Part shown: piece by piece, positions 1 to 12,354 of the stretch
Numbering within the stretch: the stretch's first letter is position 1
Layout of the letters: every line of letters begins with the position of its first letter
NCBI RefSeq assembly: GCF_009914755.1
Contig: NC_060927.1
Direction: 5' to 3' (one strand)
Source: the human T2T-CHM13v2.0 reference genome, Homo sapiens
Length of the DNA: 64,000 bases
Notes under the pieces: model-generated
What the model saw: the letters and a program-made list of their open reading frames with translations, nothing else
Database searches by the model: none
Told to the model about the DNA's origin: nothing
Made by a program: the position numbers and the translations under genes

Positions 1-106
1 AGCGTTGACACATTATTATCACCCATGATCCATAGCTTACATTAGGGTTCACGCTTGCTGTTGTACATTCTGTGAGTTTGGGAAAATGTGTCATGACATT
101 TATTCC
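1..106 (-). mobile_element. Old L1 (L1MC/L1MD-type) 3' UTR fragment, continues off the window edge
   Basis: ttgacacattattatcaccca...ttacattagggttcacgcttgctgttgtacattctgtgagtttgg resembles the antisense L1MC 3' UTR consensus. Confidence 0.7.
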
Positions 107-449
107 TATCTTTAAAAATAGGAGTACCAACCGGAACTTGAATTTGGCCCTTGTATCTTTACAGTGCTGGTTTTATTTTACTCTCATAGTCATCTTTTGA
201 TGCTGTAACAGAACCACCTGACTACCCATACTATTTGTAGGTTGTCTCCAAGATTGCCAATATGGGTCACCCAGAATTAGCACAATGGGAAAGGCAGGTT
301 GGCTAGGCCACCTTAATAACCACAAAGACAAATTGTCTTAAATTAGAGGAAAAAAGGTAGTGTCTACCAAGACATCTACCGTAAAATCTATCTGAAAATT
401 AGAATTGGTTTAAGGTGAAGTAAGTCAGAAGAGTTAATGTCCATTTCTT

Positions 450-554
450 GTTCATGTACGTGTGTATGTTTGAGTCTTTATGTAGTACCACTCTGAGTGT
501 TTATGTAGTTATGTGGTACTACATAAATACTCAAACATATACACATACATGAAC
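450..554. repeat. Inverted repeat/hairpin, 42-bp arms (450-491 and 513-554), 21-nt loop
   Basis: Reverse complement of the right arm matches the left arm at 39/42 positions (one difference is G-U compatible on the + strand). Confidence 0.95.
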
Positions 555-1387
555 CACCATGTAATACCACCGTATTGTCTGTATCTCCGGGGATATAGGC
601 TTTGCTAACTTGTTTTATGATCCACTGTTGATACATTTGTAAATCTAAATGCTAACTCATTTATTCTGTTTACCTTTCCGAGGCAGGCAGGTTCAATTGA
701 CTTAACAGCAGGCTAGCAACTCAGAGACTGTGAAATCTAATCACATTTTGACCCATTCTTAAATTGCTTCATCTGTGAAAAAATGTTTGATGAATGCAGT
801 ACTCTCTTGTGAGGGTTTGTATGAAGAATAAATATTAGAAATGATTGTGGGGCACTTTGAAAATAAAAATTGTTATGAAATGATAATTATATTCAAAACA
901 CCCTTTGACATCAACTTACAGAGGAAAAAGTGTAATTTTTCCCATTGTAGACCTTTTTAAGGAATTCCATATTTGGTTTATCCCTAGAATTTTCTATACT
1001 TGTGTATACCATACTTCTCCTAACCCATTAATGGAGTTGTTAAACATCATATAATATTGAAAGATATTTCTATTAGATGAGCTTTCAATTATTAATGGTA
1101 ATGGAAGAACATTAATGCAGCTCTTACAACATGACAGACTGTCAGAAAGATCTCAGGAATAGTGAAGGGCCAGAGATCCTAGAGTCCCTGATCTGTATAA
1201 ATTTGCTGCAGTATCTTTATAAAGTGGATAATAATTGTGTTAGAGATCATTTGATCAGGGAGAACCCAGCTCAACTGTGCAATTCAGAAGAGCTGGGAGT
1301 TAGGAGGAGGTTATCCTCAATATATTAAGGCATTCCAGTTCACTTCTGGATGTCCCACTTGGTAAAAGAAAGTACATTTTTCATTGC

Positions 1388-1520
1388 ATAGTAGCAGCAT
1401 CCACAGCAGCAGAAGTAGCAGTAGAAATAGCAGTAGCAGTGATAGTAGCAGTGGAAGTGGTAGTAGTAGCAGCAGCAGCAGCTGGGATAATAGGAATAGT
1501 AACAATGGCATCAGGAGCAT
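1388..1520. repeat. Degenerate (AGC/AGT)n trinucleotide low-complexity tract
   Basis: Mixed agc/agt/gca triplets; source of the Leu-rich ORF 1317..1520. Confidence 0.9.
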
Positions 1521-1635
1521 TAGCTAACATTTTATTAACTGTTACTATGTGGCAGGCACTGTTCTAACCTCTTTACACGTTTCCATTCATTTAATTTTCA
1601 TAACGCTCTTTGTAACACGGGTAATTCCCATCTTA
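1520..1635 (-). mobile_element. MIR SINE fragment
   Basis: tagctaacattttattaactgttactatgtggcaggcactgttctaa...ttcatttaattttcataac matches the antisense MIR 3' end. Confidence 0.75.
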
Positions 1636-3084
1636 GGGAATACTGTCTATGAGAATATTATTCATCAAAAATGAGCAAAGGGACAAAGGGAGAATAGATA
1701 TGCAGTGCTCAAAGTTTAGAGATGCTGTGTAGTCATTTGAAGAGAGCTGAACAGGACTTCTTCCAGCCTAAAAGACAACAGAAATCCTCAGGTGACTAGG
1801 CACCTGCTGCCATAGATAGCTTCTGATGTTGGAGAGAACACAGAGAAAGCTCTACAGTCCTCTGTGTTTAGGATCCCATAACCTAGAAAAGAAGTATAAC
1901 CTAAAATTAAGGAGGAGAATATTTTTATTCTAAAGATGAAAAGTATAAGAAATGATTTAATCACATATAAAAAATTTATGTTGTAAACAGGAGCAAAGGC
2001 GAAAAAAATCTCATACTGATAAGGGCATTTTTATGAACTGAAACAGGTTGCTGAAGGAGGAAATAGAATCTTTTCCCCTAGAGGCATTTAATGTCAGGAC
2101 TAATAGCATCAGGATAAAATGCTATAAGTAAAACCCTGAGAAAGAAGGGATAAACCTCTAGAGTCATTTTCAGGTCTATGGTTTTATAAAGTAATTCTTA
2201 AATGTTTAATATATTAGAATGGGAGGAATAGATCTATGTGTCCAAATAATTAGGACATTGGTTTCCTTCAGGATTCTGTCTTAATAACCTTGAAGACTGT
2301 GGTGAAACAAAGAACATCAAGGTCAAAAAGAATTAGAAACAAATGTGCTTTATTCTCATTGTGAACTGATATGATAGATAATACTTGAGCTATATAATTA
2401 TAATTAATTTGAAATGCAGTACTTGAAATTTAAGCAGATGTATTCCTCTCACTGTAACACTGTTAGAGGTAAAATAAAGGAGAATAATTTTATACTCAAA
2501 TCTAGTAAAATTAGCGATCCATATGGACTTCATTTTATGCAAATTATTAATCTTGTATTTGCACTTTTGCGTTTGGGAAGTAGAAGAATTGTAATTCAGA
2601 ATCGGAATGTTGAAAGTGTCATATTGTTTCTTTTACACGTGAGATGATTTACAGTTTTAAGTGTTATGCTCTTCAGAAGAAAAACAACTTACATTGAGCC
2701 CCAGAAGTCAACATGAGGAGAAAGCAAATGACGTTTTGTTTAACTTAAGAAAAAGTTTTCCTAGCCACCTAATTTTGGAAAATACTTGGAATATGTGTGA
2801 ATAAAAATACAAAATACATAATGTTCATCCAAAGGGCTTAACATTTTATATTAGATACAAAATAAGAACTGATGGGTGTGTTAATAGGAATATTAAATAG
2901 AATTTCTCTCAAGGAAAGATTTTAAAGGAAATGATCATAAACATTGTGCCGATAAATCACTCATCATATAATAAACAAAACATGATTAAATATTTATCTA
3001 AATTTAACAGTTTTAGATGCTTAAGTTTTGCTTGGGTTCTATTAATTTGTGCATGTAGTTAAGAAATATATCTTGCCATTCAGG

Positions 3085-3315
3085 TAGACCCAGTTCTAAA
3101 CAAAAGTTCTACCACCAACTAGCATAGTGACACGTGACCTTGTACAGGTTAGTAACATCTCTAAGTTCTCCATTTCTTCGACTGTAAAATGTGAATAATG
3201 ATATTATTTATCTCAGTGCCCTTGTGAGGATTAAATTAATTAGTGAATTAAGTGCTTCATACAGTGACTGATGTTTGATAGGTGTCAGTGGAGATAACAT
3301 TTTGTAATTATTATA
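3085..3315 (+). mobile_element. MIR SINE
   Basis: MIR core-like gtgaccttg...aacatctctaag...ctgtaaaatgtgaataatgata...tgtgaggattaaatta. Confidence 0.8.
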
Positions 3316-3494
3316 TATGATTTAAAATGCATGTGATAACACCATATAGTTTAGGTTATATGTGTATATTTGTACAGTATTTCTTCTGATGTTAAATTTC
3401 TGTATACATTTTCTTGTAAATAAGAATAGAAAATAGTGTCTCCATCTTCTCTCTACACATTTGCACATCTTTCCAATCTTACAGACCTGGGTGA

Positions 3495-3755
3495 TTGTGC
3501 TGTAGGCTAGAATATGCGCAGACTCTAGTCAAACATACTTGATATCTACTTCCTCCTCTGGTGCATAGTAGATGGATGTGGGATAAGTCACCTAGCCCAT
3601 TTCTGAACTTCAGTTGTAATCTGTAAAATGAGATCATTGATAGCTAACTAATAGGTTGCTTGGAAGTACAGATGTAACAATGTCAAGAATCTCCATAGTT
3701 GACATAGAACAGACTTAATACTGAATAAGTAAAGTGTCCACAGCTGCTGTTATTG
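3495..3755 (+). mobile_element. MIR SINE (diverged)
   Basis: gggataagtcacctag...ctgaacttcagtt...atctgtaaaatgagatcattgatagc...taggttgc. Confidence 0.65.
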
Positions 3756-4137
3756 CAATGTGTGTTTGTCCATTAGAGGCCTCCTTTTAATTACACTTTC
3801 TTTCAATTAAATAATGCAAAATAAGGTAATTAGAAAATAGTATGTTTAATGTTTTTGACTAAAGTTTTGCACTCACTAAATGGAAGAATAAATAATTAGT
3901 TAGGCCTAATATGGTCATGTGCCATGATGTTATTTATCAAACATTATTTAGTTCCATTTAGCAAATTTAATGCCTACTATATGCAAAACATCATGTTCAA
4001 TGCTGGCAAAGGGGGATGATGAATGTTAATAAATTAGATATAGTTCTGCTACTTAGTGACTTAAAATCCAGTGATTGACAGAAACACAGAGGTTAATTTA
4101 CGGTTGTCAGTAAAAGTATATGAAGAAATGCATAAAT

Positions 4138-4458
4138 GGTCGAGTGCAGTGGCTCATACCTGTATTCCCAGCACTTTGGGAGGCTGAGGCTGGCGGATAT
4201 CCTGAGCCCAGGAGTTTGCCACCAGTCTGGGCAAAACCGATGGAATGATGAAATTCCATCTTACAAAAAAAAAAAAAAATGCAGAAATTAGCCAGGTGTG
4301 GTGCTGCGCACCTATGGTCCTAGGAACTCAGGAGGCTGAGGTGGGAGGATTGTATGAGCCCAGAAGATGGAGGTTCAGTGAGCCAAGATCATGCCACTGC
4401 ACTTCAGCCTGGGTAACAGAGCAAGACCCTGCCTCAAAAACAAACAAACAAAAATAAA
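4138..4458 (+). mobile_element. AluJ-type SINE, full length
   Basis: Two-arm Alu with J-type motifs (tgagcccaggag, ggattg, gcaagaccctgcctc), A-rich linker and (AAAC)n tail. Confidence 0.93.
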
Positions 4459-4460
4459 GT

Positions 4461-4500
4461 ACTGTGAGATAGAATAGGAAACTGTGAGATAGAATAGGAA
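4461..4500. repeat. Perfect 20-bp tandem duplication
   Basis: actgtgagatagaataggaa x2. Confidence 0.95.
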
Positions 4501-6369
4501 TACAGGATTGTCTGAATGGAGTGAATTGGAACGCCTCCTTATGCAAGTGACCTAGAAAGGAAGAGGAGGCTGCTATGAAGTTTAAACGCTCTCTAGAAAA
4601 CAGCATGAACAAAGAAAGACTTGGATTTGAGAAAGCTCAGAGCATGTTCAGGGTACTGAAATGTAGGGTGCTGGTGTGCTTATATGTATGTGCAGTTATG
4701 TTTATTTGTGAAAAATGAGCTAAGGGTCAGAATATAGGGGGACATAAATTTTAAAAGCATAACTTATAATTATATTGAAGAAGGACTTGAATTCTAGGCC
4801 AAGGTGTGTGATCTTATTTTGTATATATTGGGAATACATCAAAGGCTTTTGACCAAGGAAATGAAAAAACCCAATTTTTATTTGAGAAAGATAACCCTGA
4901 TGCCATTGTTTAAGATATGTCTGCAGAGAGTGAGTTTAAAGCTGGGAGAGCATTTAGGAAGCTAATGTGAAGATAAGGGGAAAAAGCAGATATCGTCTGA
5001 CCTAGAGCCTCAGCTGTGAAAATAGAGCTGACTCAAGAGATCTATGTCAGCCTGGATAGTTTGGCCTCCTCTGTTAAACAGTGTTTCGAATGACTTGTAA
5101 GTCTAGCAGCCTGAACATGCAGCGTAGTCCTTTTTAGAGCACATGTTGGAAGAGTTGATAGATGTCCATTTTCCCGTGCTTATTTACTGAAAGACTCCAG
5201 GAAAGGTACCTCAATTTGCTTTCTCTGTAAACATAATTACTTGCTTTCATCCCTTTGGTCTCAGAGAGTTTTAAGGATTAATTAGTTGAGACGAAGTGCC
5301 TCAAAAAGAACAAGTATGGAACATACGGTTTTCCTGATACAAATAAATCTTATAGATGCGTCCATGCTGTCTTTGGAAGCCCAGCAAATAAAAGACATGC
5401 AAAAATTGTGTAAAGTAGAAGATAAGCTGAGATCAACAAATAATAAATCCCCAGCATTAGCTTTTGCATAGGAAATAAACATTTCTGTCCACTGACAACA
5501 GCTTTCTTTTAAAGGAAAACAACCTGATGATCAGCCCCAAGGCCACATTAATATCAGCCAAAGAAACATTTATTGGTTCTCTTCTGGAAACCATAACAAT
5601 GAGCATGTTGCATCAAATTGGTCACACATAAATTAGTTTTTTTGAATCGATAACCTTTTATTTATTTCTGTTAAAGTGATATATTTTTCCTAAAATATTT
5701 GTTTTCTTTCTGTGCCCTCTTTCTTTTCAAGTTACCTCCACAGATTTATGTCAAAATATTATGTTCATTATACTTTTGCTAGTGGCTTGCTTTGATGCAA
5801 CCATAAATGAATATCATTACACTTTACAAAGATAATTTATTTTCTAGGCTTTGCTGTCATGCTATATGTAGCTTGTATAGTTAAAACATATAGAAACTAA
5901 AATATTTTGGGGCCTAAAGAAAGTTTATTATTTTGTTTTTGGCTTTTCAAATTGACATTCTCCATTGTATCTCTATAATTTAAGGCAACCAGGTATGACA
6001 TGCGCAATTTATTTGCTAAGACAAACCAGATATGCTGGATAAAGCTCTTTGGGGCAGTCTTGCAACTCTCTCCTTGTCCCCAAATTCAGCCCATTTTTAT
6101 TAGCTTCTATCTGGCTCCTGATTCTTTGCTGCATCTGTCATTCTCAACTTGACTTTGTTCTTTCTCTTAAGGATAAGGATAAGTCTTAAGGATAAGACTC
6201 TCCTTATCACTGTTTACATTGAAGGATACTTAGTCATTAGGATGTCTCTGTAAGACTTTATACCCTTAAGGGAAGACTTTAATGTGCCTGAAGCTGTGTT
6301 TTTCCAAATGTAACATTTAATATCTCCTTAACACTCTTTTAATACACCCTATATAGTTGGCATTGCTAC

Positions 6370-6590
6370 ATTCCAGCTATGTGATATTGGTCAATTTACT
6401 AAACTTTTCAGTTCTTAATTTTTCTACTTATAAAATTGTGATAATAAGAATAATTGCTTCAGAGCATTGTTGTGAGAAAATTATATATAAAATCACACCA
6501 TAAATAATACATATAATATACTTAGCTCAGTTTATGGATCACAGTAATAGTTCAGCAATTGCATATTATTATTATTGATAATAGTAACCG
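6370..6590 (+). mobile_element. MIR SINE
   Basis: agctatgtgatattggtcaatttactaaac...tataaaattgtgataataaga...ttgttgtgag. Confidence 0.7.
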
Positions 6591-6609
6591 TTATTATGCA
6601 ATTGCTCCG

Positions 6610-7508
6610 TATTGCTCCTCATCCTGTGTTCCCATTCTTGATAAATGTTACCACCATTCGACCAATTTTTAGACCAATGTCCTGAATTATCATTGACACA
6701 TCTTCACTCATCTTATTTCTATGCATTGCCGTATTCTTAAGTTCAAGCCACCATCATTTCTTCCTTGAATTACTGATAACTTCTTCCTTGAATTACTGAT
6801 AAATGTTAATAAATTAGATATAATTCATTTTCATAATTCCTTGAATTACTGCAATAGCTAACTCATCTCCCTACATTTCCCTTGCATACTGTGCAATTCA
6901 TACTCATAATAGAGCTGGAGAGAATTTTGGAATATTTAAGTCTGATCATGTTACCTCTTGCTTAAAATGTCTCAGTAGCCTCTCATAACTTCTAATATGA
7001 AGTCTAAAATCCTTGATATGAGCTATAATAAAAGCCCAGCATGACATGTCCTTTGCCTAATTCCCCTGTGCCATTCATCTCCTCTTTATCACCTTTGTAC
7101 TCAAGCTTTGGCTTTTCTGAACTTTCCTTATTTTCAAAAATGTCTCCCAGCCCCACTTCCACCCGAGACATTCACACACCCCATTTCCTCTTCCAGGAAG
7201 GCTCTTATGTCGCCTGGGTAAACTTACTCTTCAAGTCTAGTGACTTTTTTCCAGAAGCTTTCCTGATATCTTTCCATTTCACCCCACTGCTGACTTATTA
7301 AAATTTCTAGAATTTTATACTTTTACACTACATTCTCTGTGTTGTATTCTCTTATTCAGGGTCTGCTATTTAATTTTTAAGTTCCTTGAAAATAGAGACA
7401 ATTTCATTGTTTTCATCAGTTTGGTCCAAGTATATATAACATAGATGAAAAATAGATATTTTGTATTATATATATTATATAAATAATTGTTGAATGAGAT
7501 GAATAAAC
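6610..7508 (+). mobile_element. L2 LINE 3' portion (carries a complex insertion at ~6761-6836)
   Basis: caagccaccatcatt...gaattactgcaatagc, tctgatcatgttacctcttgcttaaaa, ends aataattgttgaatgagatgaat. Confidence 0.8.
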
Positions 7509-7509
7509 T

Positions 7510-7750
7510 ATAGTGAGAAGATGCTAGGCTTTGTTAACCATTCAAACCTAAGCTCAAATCCCAGCGCGGCCACTTGCTACCTCTGGTACTTTGAACAAAT
7601 TCTTTAGCCTTGTTTCTTTGATTTTGTTTTGTTTCAGTCAGGAAATTGTAAGATAATTATAGTCTCCTCATTATTCTTGTAAGAGTAAAATAAGGAAACA
7701 TGGGTAAAGCACTTAACATAGAATATATTTTCTATAAATTTTACTTCCTC
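7510..7750 (+). mobile_element. MIR SINE
   Basis: aaacctaagctcaaatcccagcgcggccacttgcta...gtaaagcacttaaca. Confidence 0.7.
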
Positions 7751-10624
7751 TTTTTTTTCATTTATAAAGTTGTTCTTCCAAAGTAGTAGTATTAACATTG
7801 AATAGTGTAAAGCATTCATGCCATTTTATTGTATCTTCTCTTAGGACATACAGAAGATAATTTGGTCCCTCTTGTCAATATTCTTGGAGTGATTGATGAC
7901 AAACCATTTTAGTGTCCCTAGAAATGGAGGACTTACTGCCCCTTTTTTTCAAAAATGAATATTCTTTTTTTTTGGCTATAATCTGAGGAGGAGATGCAGT
8001 GATCTAAAGGTAAAAGTATCAGAAAAAAGAATTGTCCTTTTGCTGATTGATTTGAGGGATGTGATTATGTAGTACATTGATGCTGACTCACCCTGAGTAA
8101 AAAATTCGTTACATTCTCATTTCCTCCTACTAATATATGGCTGTGGTCTTTCTTACAAAGGCCTTTAAATTCACCAAGTATAAGCTCTAATGAAAATCTT
8201 GTGTATTTTTAAAATGTCTCTTACTTGATATGTAAAGGAAAACAGAACAAAGGCATTGAAGAGGTAACTCTTTTGGTTTTAGGAATATTAAAATGCAATC
8301 TTCACCAGCTGTCCATTTTTAAATTAGATTTCAGTTTTTCACATGGGGTACTGTGTGTGTTGGTTAGCATTGGAGTAAGAATTTAAATTCTTAAAAGCTT
8401 TGAAGTTAATTCTGTATTAAGAAACAACTGAGAGGTTGAGTATGGCACTATTTCTTCCTGAATCTGAGATCAAGCAGATGTGCCTCTTTCAATCAGTTTT
8501 TACTACCATGAGATTTAAAGCAAAGAAAAAAAAAACAGTTAATGACAGTTCAAATTCACTTAGTAGAGTAACGTGTTCTAAAATGGAGGATTGTAATGGT
8601 TGAAGAATTGGGTTATGTTTTTCTCTTGGTGTGTGTCATTTTGTATTGTTTTGTCTTGCCACTAAGTTAATTTGATGCATTTCCCTCAGAAATTGGGGTA
8701 GTGGGGTGTTTACATCAGAAGACTATGACCAAAGTAAAATGAGGGGTGAAATATGCTTTTAAAAATATAGAGCAAAAGCAGTGATTGATACTATAGATCT
8801 TCAATTTTATCTTCAGGTTCTAGAGTTTTCCAGATATTCACTGTAGAAAAAAAAAGACTTCTGGTCACAAATTCTGTTACTTTCACACCAAACCCCAAAA
8901 CATTTCACCGAATTTCTTATCTTCCTACTCTTTCATTTCTACCATTTTCTTTCTTTCTTACAAATAAACCTTCCTTATCAAATCCCATTTTCTGTGCTTT
9001 ATTTGAGCAATTGATACATCCTACTTTCTTTAGATATCATTTTCCTTTGCCTCCAGATACAACTGCATCTATGGGGTCTCTGATTTTTATAGCTTGTTAG
9101 AAGAAGATGCTGTATTATATAGGATAAAAATTATTATATAATACCTATGTATACAAAATAATAAATTCCCCCATAATTTAAAAATAATGTAGTATTATAG
9201 TTTAAAGTTAGGTTCTCTTCATCTACTTCCTGAAACTCTACAGTGAGGCCAAAGGAATTGAATTTAAAGAATAATTCTGGAATGTCTATAAGTTAAATAG
9301 ACGACTTGATTTCTGAGTCACGTTCAGATTGACGCCACTTCTTTTCATTGCTGCATTTGAGAAAATAGTGTAGAAACAGGTACATTCTGACTATATAAGA
9401 CATAACTAATAAAAGTGAAAACAAAGAACAAAAGTCAGGGAAACACTAATGGTTCTAGAGCACTAATGGGAAAATGAGGAAGTACATCAAGAAAGGGCTA
9501 AACTGCATTCACCTTGACAGCTGGTAGAGGTGATACGCCAAACTGCATTGCAGAGAACATAGCAACTGCACGATGTTTCAACAGTCATTTTGACAGGGAA
9601 AGTCCAGGGACAAAGAAGGAAAATGAATATAAAGAGCAAAATTTTGTTAAGCCTTGAAACAGAAAAATTTCCCATAGGGAATTTTTTAAAAATATGGCAG
9701 ACTAGAAAGTATTAGTTGTCCCAAAGGAGTCTTATTTTTCCAATTGAAGTAGCTGCTGCTTATCTGAAACTTAACAGTTTGTTGTGGCCAAAATAAGCAG
9801 GTGGTTATAAGAAATTAAATTTCCCTGGAGAATGAATAATAGTGACATACAAGTAATTATAATATCACATGATTCACATTCTGAAGAAGGTCAAATAATA
9901 AACATATAATTCATTTCCATCTGCCAACATGAATATTTGTTGAGTGCCTACTGTGTGCCTGGCACAGCTAGCTTCACGGTTCTATCTGGATATATAGATG
10001 GAAGACGGGTGAGTCAGAGAAAGAGATAAAGACTTTTTATATATACAAGCACAAATAAAAAAACCGTTTTGGAATTTTTGCAGAATTGCAAATGTTACTT
10101 CATATTTTAAAGTCAAAAAAATAGCAAATATAAAACACTTAAAATTTTTTTCTAAAAGGTAGTATTTCAATTTTACCATAGAGAGATGGTTGCCTTATCT
10201 AACATCTCGAAAAGAGCCACCCTTTGATGTTCCTCTTCCTCTCTCTCTTCCTTTCTCTCTTTATCCCTGTCTTCTACACCTTTATTAAAAAAATGGTCTT
10301 CTCAGTATTTTTAATATAGAATTCTGCAAATGAAATAAAGAACATTACTTATGTAGGCACTGAACACATTTCAATGTTTTTCTTTTTAAAGAAAATGACA
10401 GGTTCTGCACACTGGTATCTACTAAAAATGAACCCAACTTTGCCTCTGAGAATGTTACTGTGAAGAAATGCTGCATCTAAACTTCAGCCAAAATATGCTA
10501 ATTAGAAAATGAAGCTGAATGAATTGCTTTGCTAGATGAGATTATTTGGAATTATATTACTGAATTTTGGAAATTATGTGTCCTATCAAAGAATAACTTT
10601 TGTCATAATATCTTCCTTAGCTCA

Positions 10625-10960
10625 CAGGACATTTATTAATGCCACTCCTGGTCCAGTCAGTTCAGCCACCATTTAGAGAAAGTCTACCATGTTCCAGGCA
10701 GCTACCAGCTTCTAAAGATCTAGAGACAAATAAGAACCAACTTTTCTTTGTTTCACAGAGTAGCACAGATGACAGGCATATTTACACCTAATTATAATGC
10801 ACAGAGATTGAGGGTTATAATGGAGATATTGCTATGGGAACAAAAATGAGTGAACAACATATCTTGGTGGAGGTGCAGAAGGTATATTTACTGAAGAGAG
10901 GAAAGTAAAAAGAGGGAGATTTGTAATCTCTGAGGAAGAGTATTCAAGGGCTTAGACACA
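10625..10960 (-). mobile_element. L2 fragment
   Basis: tctaccatgttccaggca...gagacaaataaga...gctatgggaaca, antisense L2 3'-like. Confidence 0.45.
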
Positions 10961-11149
10961 GTTTGGTTGTATTTTAAGCAAGGAAATCAATGATGGATTG
11001 GTAAAAAGTTAACTCCGGGGCAACTTTTTTTAAGCATTGGTAACCTGTGAGAAAATGATCTATAGTAAATATTTCTTTTTATTCCTCAGGCAGTACTTAA
11101 AGCACTGTTTTTAGGAGTTAGATGTTTTCCTTATACTACTTTTTTAATA

Positions 11150-11260
11150 GTAGTAATAACCCTCTCAGGTAAGAGTTGTTAATTTTTTTGTAGAGATGAA
11201 CAAATAGGTTCAGAGAGAATGAGCAAGTGGTTCCATTTACACAGTTAATAATCACCACCA
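11150..11260 (-). mobile_element. MIR fragment
   Basis: aataaccctctcaggtaag...tgtagagatgaacaaataggttcagagag. Confidence 0.6.
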
Positions 11261-11854
11261 ATTGTCTGTCTGATTGAATTAAATATAAGAGGGAAACATA
11301 TAGAAATGAGGAGATAAATTGCAGCCTTGATAGAAAAGGAGAATTGTGTTTGTGCTATGGTTCTTTTGTGGTCCATAGCAATTTAATTCTTTGTGATGAA
11401 CGTAACACTGATAATACCAAATTTCAATGACCACATATTCAATTCATAATAAACATTTATTATAAATGCCAACAAAATTGGTAATTTAAAGAATTCTCTA
11501 TTTTTAAAAAAAGAAGACAAATAGATTACTTTTAATTATATCTAGTCTTTTCCTCAGCCTGTTCTATTCTGATAAAGGCTTAAGAAGGAAATGGTTCTGA
11601 TAGAAAAGAACTACCCTGAAATGTGGATTAAGACTTGTCACCCATAGAAATCCTAGGTTCCACAGCTGTGACCAATCCATGGCATTCAAAGTGGATCTCT
11701 CAAGAAGAAGCACTGTAGTTAAGAAAATTTCTAAAAGAATTTTGTTCATTCTTGAGTCAAAACTTTGATGAGATTAAAACATTTTGTTCCACTTCTGGGG
11801 TCTCAGTGTTGAACAATTTTAGCCTCTTTAAGATGAAAATACTTTTCTTGAGGT

Positions 11855-12354
11855 TTTTAATTTTTTTTTTAATTTCAATATCTTTTGGGGTACAAGTTTT
11901 CTTTTTTTTACATGGGTGAGTTACATAGGTGAATTCTGAGATTTTAGTGAACCAGTCAGCCAAGTAGTGTTTATTGTACCCAATATGTAGTTTTTTATCC
12001 CACAACCCACTCCCAATTTTCCCACTTGGAGTCTTCAGGGTCCATTATATCACTCTGTATGCTTTTGCATACTCACAGCTTAGCTCCCACTTATAAGTGA
12101 GAACATACAGTATTTGAGTTTCCATTCCTGAGTGACTTCATTTAGAATAATGGCCTCTGGCTTCTTCCAAGTTGCTAGTAAAAACATTTTTACGTTGCTT
12201 TCTGTGGGTGAGTAATATTCCATAGTATATATATACCACATTTCCTTTATCCATTCATGGGTCGATAGGCACTTAGGGTGGTTCCATATCCTTGTAATTG
12301 TGAATTGTGCTGCTATAAACATACCTGTGCACATGTCTTTTTCATATAATGACT
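11855..12354 (-). mobile_element. L1PB-type LINE-1, 5'-truncated 3' end
   Basis: T-rich tail followed by L1PB-like antisense 3' UTR (ttctgagattttagtg, cttagctcccacttataagtgagaacata); ORF 12080..12334 resembles the ORF2 C-terminus. Confidence 0.9.

Larger units (their letters stand above)
3945..5040 (-). mobile_element. L2 LINE 3' region, fragmented and interrupted by an AluJ
   Basis: Antisense L2 3' end (catttagcaaatttaatgcctactatatgc) and downstream L2-like ggcttttgaccaaggaaatga...gaaagataaccctgatgc. Confidence 0.6.

Noticed and set aside
1317-1520. Leu-rich, signal-peptide-like ORF
   Set aside because: Translation of a degenerate AGC/AGT trinucleotide tract.
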